Source: Bugula neritina
Taxonomy: Eukaryota; Animalia; Bryozoa
NCBI GenBank assembly: GCA_964035545.1
Contig: OZ037767.1
Location: 24,010,628-24,074,627 of the forward strand
Direction of reading: 5' to 3'
Length of the DNA stretch: 64,000 nucleotides
Under the pieces are notes generated by a model. That model was not told where the DNA came from. It did no database searches and saw only the letters and a program-made list of their open reading frames with translations. This document shows positions 13,362 to 25,300 of the stretch, one piece after another (the first letter of the stretch is position 1; each line of letters starts with the position of its first letter). Made by a program: the position numbers and the translations under genes.

Positions 13362-16300
13362 ATGGCAGAAGCAAATCCAGACACTGGATATTCTTTCCTA
13401 CAAGCAGCTGATGACGATGACGACGATGATGATTTGGAATTGGAGGAGCCGATCGAAGTTGTTTCGAGTCGGCCAGTTGCTGCTCAGCCTGCTATACCTT
13501 CACAACCAAAACCTGCTGACTCTGGGCCCACCCCTGCTGACTCTGGGCCCACTCTTGCTGACTCTGGGCCCACCCCTGCTGACCCTGGGCCCACTATTGC
13601 TGACTCTGGGCCCACCCCTGCTGTCCGTAGACGGACTTTTGCTGTTTCTGGGCCTACCCCTACTGCCTCTGCCCGCACCCCTGCTGTCCATGGGCGCACC
13701 CCTGCTGATTCTGATCAGAACAGAACTGCTAATTTTTTGCGTAGTCTCAAGACTGATAGAGCTTTCACTGATAAAGAACTGTATAGAGAACTGGAGAATA
13801 TGTATCACAACTGCAAGAGAAGATATAATGACGAAAGAGTAGAAGGGATAAGTGAAGATGGGACTGAATTTGTCCTGCAGAAGTTACAAGATGACTTTGT
13901 TCACTATAATCGAGTAAGTCAGTGTTGTGATGTGTAAGTTGATATTGTGAGGTGTAAGTTGTAGCTGTAATGTCTGAACTGATATTGGTACACTGTGTCC
14001 ATCATGTTCAAAGAGTTGAAGCTCTTTCTTACAAAACTATTATATATGAACCGTTAGGTGTAGGTATATAAAGGTGTGATACTATTGAGGTATAATCATG
14101 GGAAGTTCCCATTTCACCATCAGTTGTAATCTGCAGTATTTTTGATTCTATAATTCTCAATAAGACCCTCAGCACAATTTGTGAATTATTTCCTAGTTAT
14201 ATGACTCGGCAGTTAGATGTCTGTCAGTTTTTACCATTTATTTGACAATTTACATCCTTTTGTGATTAAAATGCTGTGGTTCTCCATTACTTCAGACTGC
14301 TTACCTATACCATATCTACAATTGGGTGTTTGTTTAGATATCCAATTGGTCATGAACTGCATGTTCTTTATAATAACTTGTTGAAAGGACGCTCCGTGGA
14401 GTGTCTATTTTCTTGTTGCCGGTTGCAGGATTTGTGTCCAGATTAGATATTGCTATTGCTGTAACCACATATTAGACACTGAAAACTGCCTTTTCTTCTT
14501 TAATATTCTAAAGTGTGGCCCAGTATATGTGAATGCTTTGATCTCTGTAGGTTGCCAATGTGTATACCAAAAGCATGCACAGTATGTTCATTGTACCTGT
14601 CTGGGCCTCTGCGTTTGAGAATGATACTGGGTAAGTTTACTTGGTAAATAAGCTTTATTGAGCATACAACGGTTGCTAGGTTATGTAGTAGAGAGAGTCT
14701 CCAACAGTATGTATATAAAGCATTAGCTTTTTATTTCAAAGCTTTACATAACTTGTTCTCATGAAGTCTGTATATCAACAATGCTGTAATACAACACTTA
14801 TCATGAATGCAAAGTTTTCCTTTAAGATTTAAAAAACCAATATTTGCCAATTCTGAGCCAAGGCCCTGCAAAGAGTAAAATACTAACTAAATGAATTCTG
14901 TAATTTTATAGCAATTGATTTCTGTTTTATATAGTAGGTATGTATTGTGGGTAGTTACTGCTGTGTACAAAGACTTGTGGGTAGTTACTGCTGTGTACAA
15001 AGACTTGTGGGTAGTTACTGCTGTGTGCAAAGACTTGTGGGTAGTTACTGCTGTGTACAAAGACTTGTGGGTAGCTGACCATTACTCTCTGACAGCAATA
15101 AACTAACCTGTTATTAATTTTAATTTGTCCGCCAACTTAGCTGTCAAAACATTTTTGGCTAAATTTTAACTTGCATTGGTTTTTGGTATAGTTGAAATTA
15201 TGTTGAATCTGGCAACCTTTCCATACTGTGTAAATCAAATAAAAACCTTTTATTTTTATAATATAAATTTAACCTTTATTAGCTTTGCTGCATTTTAAGG
15301 AATGTGAAGTTATCTTTACAACACAACACTTGAAGGTACAGTGTTGTGTTGTAGTAATAAGGTTGGGAAAATGTTGTGACTAGTACTACAGTAATACTGT
15401 GAGTACAGTGTTGTGACTAGTACTACAGTAATACTGTGGGTACAGTGTTGTGACTAATACTACAGTAATACTATAGGTACAATGTTGTGTTTAGTACTAC
15501 AGTAATACTATAGGTACAATGTTGTGACTGGTGTTAGTACAGTTTCGTCTAGGAATACCAACTAAAATTCTAGATCCCATCAGTTTCTCTTGCATTCTAT
15601 CAACAAAACTTGAATAAACTATTGTTAACATTTCATAGCTGGTTATTGGAGGCTATTGATTGAAGGATTTTGATAAGGCAAAACTTCCTTATGGTGTAAT
15701 GGTAACTAATGATGTACTATTTAGTTTTAAAGTGCCAGCTCACGTTGTATGACTAGCTACTTCAACACATTGTATCACATTGTATCACGTGTGCAAGGTG
15801 GCATATGACTGCCCATACAATGTTATTTCCTTGAAGGTTGGCTGTTGTACCATCATCTATTTGTATGACTACATCATGCTAACTCCATCACATTGATCTA
15901 CTCTCACGTTATAAACATCCTGACTGAAAATGATATTGTCATGTGATCATTTTCTTCATCCTACCTTTCAGGCAATGAAAACATATCATCTGATAAGCTG
16001 AAATATTTCAATTTTGTTGGTAGTTTAAACTCACTTAATTACTGGGCGTTGGATACATCATTACTTCAACAAGAAAATGGTTTCCTTTGCTCAAATCTAT
16101 TCAATGTTTAGCACCTTGCCTCGGTGTGTTGTAATTTGTTGGCTATTAGTATTTTTTCAAATGAAAAGACTCTCTGTTGCTTGATATTACTGTTTCAGTA
16201 TTCCAGCTGGTTACAGTAACTACTGGCTGTAATAAACTCTCTGTAAATTACTTCCTGATATCAGTGAACAGCTTTTCACTGGGATTTTGCTTTTGCTGTA

Positions 16301-19300
16301 TTGAAATCACTGGGAAATTCAATGTGTATTGAAATCACTGGGAAATTCAATGTGTATTGGATTATTTATTGAAGAAGCTTAGAAAATTAACAGTTTATGT
16401 CGTAGTTAGCTGATCCTTTGTGTAATCAATGAATTACAATGAAGTAAAATAAAAATAGTTTTTTAGAATGGAAAGATATGGCATTCCATTAATCCAGCTA
16501 AGTTATTAGCAAGACTTTCTTATCCCCCTTCCCCATTTTAATGATTCAGAGTCAATGTTGACTTCAAAGCTGCTCAAATGCTTGGAAAGCTGCCTATACT
16601 CATTTTATACAGTGATGGTACAATTGATTTATAGATCCCACCATTTATCAGCACAATGCCTTGCCAATAGTGGTAAAACATAGCAGCTGAATTGGATAGT
16701 TATTGAAAGCAGGTCTAGGATTCCTCGCAATCAGGGTTCTTGTTTGACAGAAAACTAAACACATTTTTTATTATCACCTGTCCAAGATCATTAGTATTTT
16801 ATCTCTGCTGACAAGCATTCTCTACAATTCTTTAGGGTAACTTTGCTTATTTGATGAGGTTGAAATCTGTGGTAATATGACTTGTGAAAATGCCATGGGG
16901 GGAGGTGATTACATTGTATAGGTTTTTATGGTCAAAGCTTATTGCAACTATTGCTTTTAAAATTTATTATTTAGTTAGCAAATTGATTGTGATTTTATTT
17001 GCTACTGCTTTGTGGTTAATATTTAGTTTTACAAGTTTCCTTCCTTTAAGTTGTGTTTATTGTTTCATAGAAATATAATGTTTATTTCACATTTATTTAT
17101 TATAGTAATAAATAAACTTTTTTATGTGTATATACCAATTATAATTATTGAAAACCTCAACAATAAAAGCCTCCTTCTAAATACCTGTTTTTTTTAAATG
17201 TTAATTTTAAACTAAACATTTTCAAGATGGGATGTTGAATTATTATTGATAGGTATATACTCTACCCAAAACTGCTTCCTCTCCGTGAATTCCTTGAGAA
17301 AGCAAAGGAGAAGAAGCCAGCGGAGAAGAAGCAAGCAGTGAGAAAATGTCTCATGTCTGTAGCTGCTGCTATTGACAGCCTGCACACACCAGTGCCTAAC
17401 CGTAGGTGAGTTCTTATTGTGTTAGTTTGTGCAAACAATGTTTTAGGTGTTCGGTTCAGTGGTTGTTTAACTGGTATATCTCTGTACCCTGTTGAAATAA
17501 ATAGCTCCCAGTTACTTTCTGTGCTTTTGTCTATTACTGTAATCAGCTTTCTCTCAGCTAGCTGTTTTATATTATAGCTTGTAGCTTTTTTATGTTTTTA
17601 TAGCTCGTAGTTCATAACCTTTTTGTAACGTCACATTGTCTATTATTTTCTAGTTGATTTCTGGTTTTGTTCTTCTAATAATTGGTAGTGTTTGCGAAAG
17701 CATTTTTCACTGTATCTGTTCTGACAAAACAGCTAACATACCCTGTGGCCAACAGTGTAACCTGTCAAAGATAAGCTATCTTGCTAAGTGTATAGAGGTT
17801 TACTTATGGTTTAAATACACAAGCTACTTATTATAGGATAAGTTTGTTTTATAAGTAGTTGATTTTAAAGTTTGGTAATTTATTATACTATTAAATAAAA
17901 ATAAACTATTGCTTGCTGGTTGGTAGGAAATACCTTTAGTTTAGACTTTGAGTTCAGACTTTAGGTATAATAACTCTCAATTCTAGCCTGCAATTGCCTA
18001 TTTCCCTTTCCATAGGGGCACAATGCAATGCTGTTTTTATATATGCCCAGTTATTGCACATGTAACCTCAGCTCTCTACACTGGTGCTTTACTTTCAATG
18101 AATATGCTGGGGAGATGAATGGGCCTATAAGCAACTCCGAGTTGGGGGTGACCTGAATGCAGTAGTTCTCGTTTATGAGTTTGGAGTATACATTGGACCG
18201 TGGAACTCCAAACTACTGCACTCAGGTCACCCCCAGCTCGGAATTGCTTATAGAACGATTTGAGGAAGACAAACCCTGTGAGTGGTTTGTGCAAACAGCC
18301 AGCTGATTTGTTTCCCTATTCTAGGATGACTATTCTTTCTCATTTTATTAATTGGTGGCGGATGTAGCTGTATTTTTCAATAAAGTATCAGTGAATATGT
18401 ACCATCAAAATATACAGTATCCCATGACCGACCACGGAGGCACATTAATAATTCATCATATAATTTAGTTGTAACAGAAGTTTTGTATGGGAAACTGTTG
18501 GATATTGATGCCATTCTGCATATATTGAAGGCCAATGTACTACCACCGAGGTGTGTGCATTGACAACGTGTGCATGCCTTCAGTGGAGAGAAAGAAAAAA
18601 GGGAAAAGAGGCAATGTGTCCGGGTTGGCTAAACTGAAACTAACGAGAAACACCAGAGGCTCGTATGAGCATGAAGCGTTGAATTCGGAAACCTCCATGA
18701 ACAACCCTTCCTTTCCGCTGGTAGGCGTTTACCACCACTAATAGTAATACTATGTAATACTTATTATATTTTAGGTATGGGTTGCTTAGTGTCATTATGT
18801 TATGAAGAGACATTTTCTGTCTTTAATAATTCTTGAAGCTTTTGTTATATTGTTACACTGAACCAGTGGTTCCTAACCTTCTTTGCTCTGTTCTCCCTTA
18901 AGAATTTAACTTCTCTCCAAACACACTTCCGTGCAGTAATAGAGCAATTTCAAAAACTTATATTCTTTCATTACATTTATGAACTTTTCTATGAGTTGGG
19001 GGTTAAAAATCTTTAGAGAACATAACTTCTAGTTCCATTCATATCAGCTAGAACACAAGCTTTTCTCAATTTCTCCAATAATGCACTTACATTTAACATC
19101 AAAGTGTGATTTGCCTGTTCAATTAGAGTACAGCTCTAGGATAGCTTGAAAATAGTTTTGGGGTTCTGTGGTAGTATTCATGTACATAATTGTACCAGTG
19201 TTGTACTGCTATATTCTCTTGTAGATTCATAAATATTACCACCACCCGGATCCCTGGAGTAGTGAAGCAGACAAGATGTATCAATATCTCAAGAAGCATG

Positions 19301-22300
19301 ACTGGTTTTCATTTGGAGTGTGTAAGTTACCAGCGAGATTATCCCAATTTGTATTGTATCTCACTTTGGGATGTGGAGTTTTCTTCACATAAAATATATG
19401 TTTACGGGTTTCAGCACCAACCTAGTAATTTCAAGAGAGATTTTGTGAAATAATTGAATCATGTGAAATAGAAACACAAATATAACGAGCAAGCTTATAA
19501 AGGGTTACCTGTACAGTAGCTCACTATTCCTAGGCCTTCCAAGCATAATGAAGCACATAAAACCTATTACTCACTCTGAGCTAATACTTTTTGAGTGAAA
19601 ACCTTTACTAAACTTGTAGCATCATGAATCTTGAATTATAGAAAATGGAAATTTCGAGCAATGAAAGTAAATTAACTGTAAATATGGGCAAAATAAACTG
19701 CATGATAATTAAAACAATAAATAAGGCTTGATTGACTTTTATTTTTTTAAAAGTTGAAGTCTCTACTACATTTTTAGATGCTCAAACCAGTCAAAAAACT
19801 AAGGCCGTTAGTAGGCCGAATAATTAAATGATAAAATTACTAAATATTAATATTTTACTTTTGCAAAAGTTTATAAGAAAAGGCAGGTATAGTGTCAAAT
19901 TTTTGGAGCACCATGTGTAACAAATTCACTATTTAACACCTTGTTTATAGTTGAAAGATTATTATCAATAGCTGCAGACTGCTTTGGCTATTTATTTGTT
20001 GTCACATCTTCAGGTGTTCTGTTATGCAGATATATTAGAAGTGATGGGAATTGTGCTGGAGAATCCTCTTCGAATAGATGAGATCCCATTAGATTCTACG
20101 AAAATTCATTATTTCCGCAAATTTAAAAAGGAACTTGAGGATGTGATCAATGAGAAGTTAAAGGAACAGAAAACTCTTTCCTCCACTTATGAAGAGTATT
20201 TAAGTCAGTATGAGTAATTCGACTGTTAATGGTCTCTGGCTTACTGTAAACAAGTATATTTGGGCTAAAGTATGTGAAATATAAAGAGTATTTAGGTCAC
20301 TTTAAGTTTTTTAACTTGTGAGAGTGAGTTGAAATTCAAAAGTACTTTGATCAATTTAGATCAGTAATCATAAGCTAACTATATGGAGTTTCCCAGGCCA
20401 AAATAGCGTTTCAGATTATGCTAGCAAACGAAGTTCATAGGTAGACATGGTTGTAGAGATTGCTGAGTGGTGTCTTGACGTAGAATCACAGGAGGAGGTC
20501 AGCCATGTGGAGTACAAGTACGAAGATAGCACCTACCATTTTGAATATCCCCTCAGCGAACCTACAGCTCACTTATTGGTAAATATATCCATGTATGTCG
20601 TTGCCTGTAAACCTCTCATTATATATGGCCCTAAGTTTACATTTATCTGTATCACTATGTTTAACACTTGAAACTCTCTAGGGGAATTCTATTTAAATGG
20701 CCATGGAAATCAAATTCTCCTAGGGCTTAAAGTCTAGGCTTGTCAACCAAGTTATGTACAACTGCAAATATTATCATTGAAATATACGCATAAAGTTTAG
20801 TGTTGGCATCAATGGCTGGGTTATCTTCTTTAGTGCATGTTTGACCGATCAGCCAGCAGAGATATGACCTTCCAGGACATCTTGGTAGAGAATGTAAAAG
20901 CAGCCACCTCTAGCTCTCGGAGTAATGGAAACAGTTTGTCTGCCAGTGGAAGTGCACTGTCTACAGATACTAATACTAAATATATCCCCATCACCTGTCA
21001 ATCTTGTCATCTACGTGACACTGGTCAGTTCTTATACGTACACTTAGAGAGATAATCTCTTAGAGAGGAATTATTTCTCCTAGTCTGTTTGACTTCTTTC
21101 ATGTAAATTAATTTTTTATAAAATCAATTAACAATAGTTTGTTTTCATATGCTGTGTTAATATACATAAATCATAATCCCTTGTTACGTTGCCTAATGTG
21201 ATTTTCTGTAGCTAATATTTCTAGCATTTAGTTGACAACAGGCATAGGGAAACATTCACAAAATCAGTGTCTAAAAGTTAGAGTATGGCTTCTGCTGCTA
21301 GTTGGGGAGTTTATAGAATAAGCATGTTCAATTTTTTATAAAATGCTTCACTTTTGCCTCATAGTTCTAATTTTACCCATTGTAGTGCCTTTGCCGACAC
21401 GTTCGTATAAGGGAAACTCTTACAAAAAGAGGCAAGAAAGTGTTCGAGCTTCCAAGTGTGACCCTAAAAAGTGTAACCAGACGTACTGCGTGCGGTGCTA
21501 TGTGAATGGAGAGCGACTATTCTGCCCTCAAGGTTACGGCTTTTCAGACCAGGGAGCTGTTGGCCATGGCACGACTAGCACCATCATAGGTTAGCTGCAA
21601 AGTTGATAGGTTTTCCTTAAAACATAAATTTGAGTTGTTTAGCACTAAGTAATACATTCGATTTCTCTTATTGCTGAGATAGTTTGTATATCTGGATAGC
21701 TTAGTACTTGTGTATAATTTCTAGTACACTTTTTGACTGTTTCAAAGTGAACTTGGTATGATTGGGGACTGTCTTAGTATGAATTTATTTCATAGAATTA
21801 CAACTTTCCCTGTATAACAAGTTTACTGTTTCTGTGGTGAACTGTCAATTGTGTAATTCTGTAAAATACCAGAGCAATAAAAGCAGCTGTTGCAGTCTTG
21901 CTAGAGAGAGAGAGTTCAGTATGTCTAGTAGCGGTGTAGTTTATACCAGTAAAAACTGTTTGCTAAGAACCTAGGAAGTTGTCCCAACATGTTGGCTGCT
22001 TGAAGCTCACTATTTACGTACTTCTTAGTTTTTCTAATCGCACAAAATATGTTTATTTCCCTGTGCGCTTAGCTAGAAGTTATTGTACTGTGCAATGTAA
22101 ACCTCCTCCACAGTAGAATTTTTATTTTTGAGTTTCAACTGTATTAAACTGTCATATTACTGAGATGCCATGAAAACAGTTTACTGTAGCTACTTCTGCT
22201 ACCATGATTTATTATACTTGACTTGAAACTGGATACTGCAGCTAACTGTTTCTTCCACTGAGTGCTAGTGCAACACCTGCTGGCATCCCTTCTAATCTTG

Positions 22301-25300
22301 CAGGTCACAGGTCAAGTTATGCCCTGATCATGTATGGCGATCACTTCATGGACCCAGAAAAGTCGCATCTTTTTGAAAGAGACGCTGACATGCTGAGGAA
22401 TGTGCTGGAACATCGACTCATCTGTGGCATTCCGTAAGATTTAACAGAACTTAATTTGTTAAACATCATTATTTTCATTCTGTTGCCAAGAAAATGCTAA
22501 ATATAACAACTGCACAAAGCTAATAAAATTGAAACATGGATTTTTATGATCATTTAATTGACTTGAATAATTGAAAAATAAAAGTTTGGGTTGGGAGAGC
22601 TATGAAGCCAGTTTTTATCCATAGTCTAATAATGCCAATGCTACAGCAGTATTGGCTATAAAGTGTTTTATTAGAAAAATTGCAAAATTTCCCAAAAAAC
22701 TTAAATGTTCAACTGCGAAGTTTTGTGTTGATGATAAATAGTAGAATATTATACTAAATATAACTATTTTACATATTTATATAGTCTTGTCTCCATGTTA
22801 AAGTCTCTCGAGTTACATGCCAGTCAGCGCAATAAATGAGTTCCTGTGTTTGCGAGTTTTCTTGAGTCTATCGAGTTAGTTGTTAGTAGGAACCGTATTT
22901 TCTTGTAGGAAAGAGAATATTGTTCACACGCCACTGTATAGTAAACCAAAAACCAAGACGGCAATGGAATTGCTCACAAAGGCTTGTGATGACCTGGTAG
23001 ATCGGATACACCGCAGATCGTGGAACCCCTCAACGTGTATGCCTGAGTTCAGTGAGACGTGTGTGAATGACGGCGAGTTCTGCGTGTTTGTGTTCTACTC
23101 TGGTCACGGCTGTAGTGACGATGAGAAATCGGACATACCATATGGTAGCTGGGTGCCATCAGCAACTTTCTCGGATGACGGAAAAACCATGTCGGCTGTT
23201 GACTTTATTTCTCAAGATGATTTGAATGAGATTCTCACACCTATCCGTAGATGTACTTCTGAAAACGACCAATGTAATGGAGCTTGCGTGTGAGTTATAA
23301 AGTACATGTCAGCTTTATGCATGTGGTGGCATCCACTTCTACTATTACTATTACTGCTACTGCCACCACTACTACCACCACTAGTACTAGTACTACCTAC
23401 AGCTTACTACTAAGAAGAGCTGTACTGCTGTATATCAATAGAGTATCATACTATATCAGTTAAATATTGTTTATTTGAAAGTTGTAATTGTTTTGCATGG
23501 TAATGATAATCTGACTTGGGTATATTGATGGTTTTGTGCACTTTTCCAGAGAGGTGGTTTACGTTACGGACTACTGCAGGCCACCTGAAGCTACAGATGT
23601 TGCATCGAATTTAGGATTGGTAACATGGAAATCAAAAAAGTCACGAAAGCAGGCTCTGCCCAAGGCTATAGTGGCCCCACGGTGGGACACCCAATCTTTC
23701 ACTATGTCAAGCTGTGATAATAGTGAAATCACATTTTGGTTTTGTACGCTGATGAGAAGTATATTTCCTGACGAGTGCACCAAGGTAAAAGAGAGCTGTG
23801 AGATTTGCGATGAGATTAGAAAAAGAATTGATAAGGATTGTTACGGAGCGTTTATTGACGGAAAGTGTCTAGAGTTACATATGGGGCACATGATAGAGAG
23901 TCACGGCCAGTACAAAACGGAGGTAGACGTGTGTGTAAAGACACCGGGGAAGAGTGATGATATGTTAATACTCGCTCACTACAATAAAGGCGGAGTGTAC
24001 TATCGAGTGTTCCCCTACAGAGAGGGTAGATTATTTATAATATTGATGTGTAGTTTTTATGAACTCATACACTTCCAAATAAACTCTAAAGTTGACCAAA
24101 ATTTGCCTCAATACAATTTGACAATAAAGTTCTGTAGTTATCATTACATATCATACTCCAGTATCTATATATCATACTCTAGTATCTACATATTACACTC
24201 TAGTATCTTTATGATATTACCAATTATTATAGCAGTACCAGTATATACCAGAAGAAATGGCATAGTACTGAAAATATGTAATATTGGGTTGTACTTGGTA
24301 AATGATATAACAAAATTCAAATTCTAGCGTTTTTGCCTTCTAAATATATATTTTATCACTTCGTTATTTAAATTAGTAATGACTCATTTTCTCTGATCAA
24401 TACTAATGTTGCTCACTCTGTACTACCTTCACTTATGTTCAATTGATCTCAACAGGTGACAAGGTTGTGGAGATAGACTTTTCAGAAAAGATAACTTGTG
24501 CTAATCTGATAAAGCATGTTAGAAATGGCGTTGGCCAGGATGTGGAGATCAGTAAGCTTTTTCTGCACAATTTATTCAACAGTAGCATTAATTTTTAATG
24601 ACACATCAGAATATATTTATCACATAAGCATGCTTGTCGCTGCATTTATTGTTCATAGATCCATAATATATGTTTAGTAAGCATAGTAAAATATCCGTAG
24701 TCTACTATGAGGTATTTTCAGGTAAAACATGGCCGTGTAAACTTTGTTTTTAACACGATTGTTTTGTGCTACATTGAGCAATCATTCTTATATAAATATG
24801 TGCATGTTTGTGTGTAAAAGCGAATTTCTAAACTGATCGGCCAATCAGAGTAACAGGTTCTGAAAAATACCAAGTTTCTCATGTGTCATTTGATGCTTCA
24901 AATCTCATCCGGTTTTTTAAAACGCTGGTGTCACGTTTTGCCCGAAGATATCTCAATGTGGAATGACCTTGAAGAGTGTCATAGTAAACACTGGGTTTGT
25001 CTGTATTCAGGGCTACTGACCAACAATCCTGGTGACTCGTCTAAGTTCTCCTTAGTCTGTGACCACACTGTCAATGATGTCTTACACTCGACCTCCAAAC
25101 TACGTCCTGGTGATAAGGCTGTCTATCCCTCTATACTCTACTACCAGACTATCAAACAGTGCATCCAGGTAACCTCTACTCTCATAGATAACTTTCAGTG
25201 TGCACATGAATAAATTATCCAGCTAATACTTTTTATTCTCCTATGCTTTATGAGTTATATAAGGGTTTTTTCACTCTTGTTAAATGGGATCATAGTTCCA

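Noticed and set aside
15639-15701. Exon-like segment (AG...KDFDKAKLPYGVM|GT) in intron 2 of the pseudokinase gene
   Set aside because: Stops in all three frames; exon 14551-14630 joins 17253 directly and gives a sensible kinase sequence.
18190-18277. RGTPNY resembling a kinase activation-segment motif
   Set aside because: It lies inside the hairpin element with upstream in-frame stops; the real next exon is 18531-18720.
18864-18885. hAT-like terminal motif CAGTGGTTCCTAACCTT
   Set aside because: No convincing matching opposite end or 8-bp TSD.
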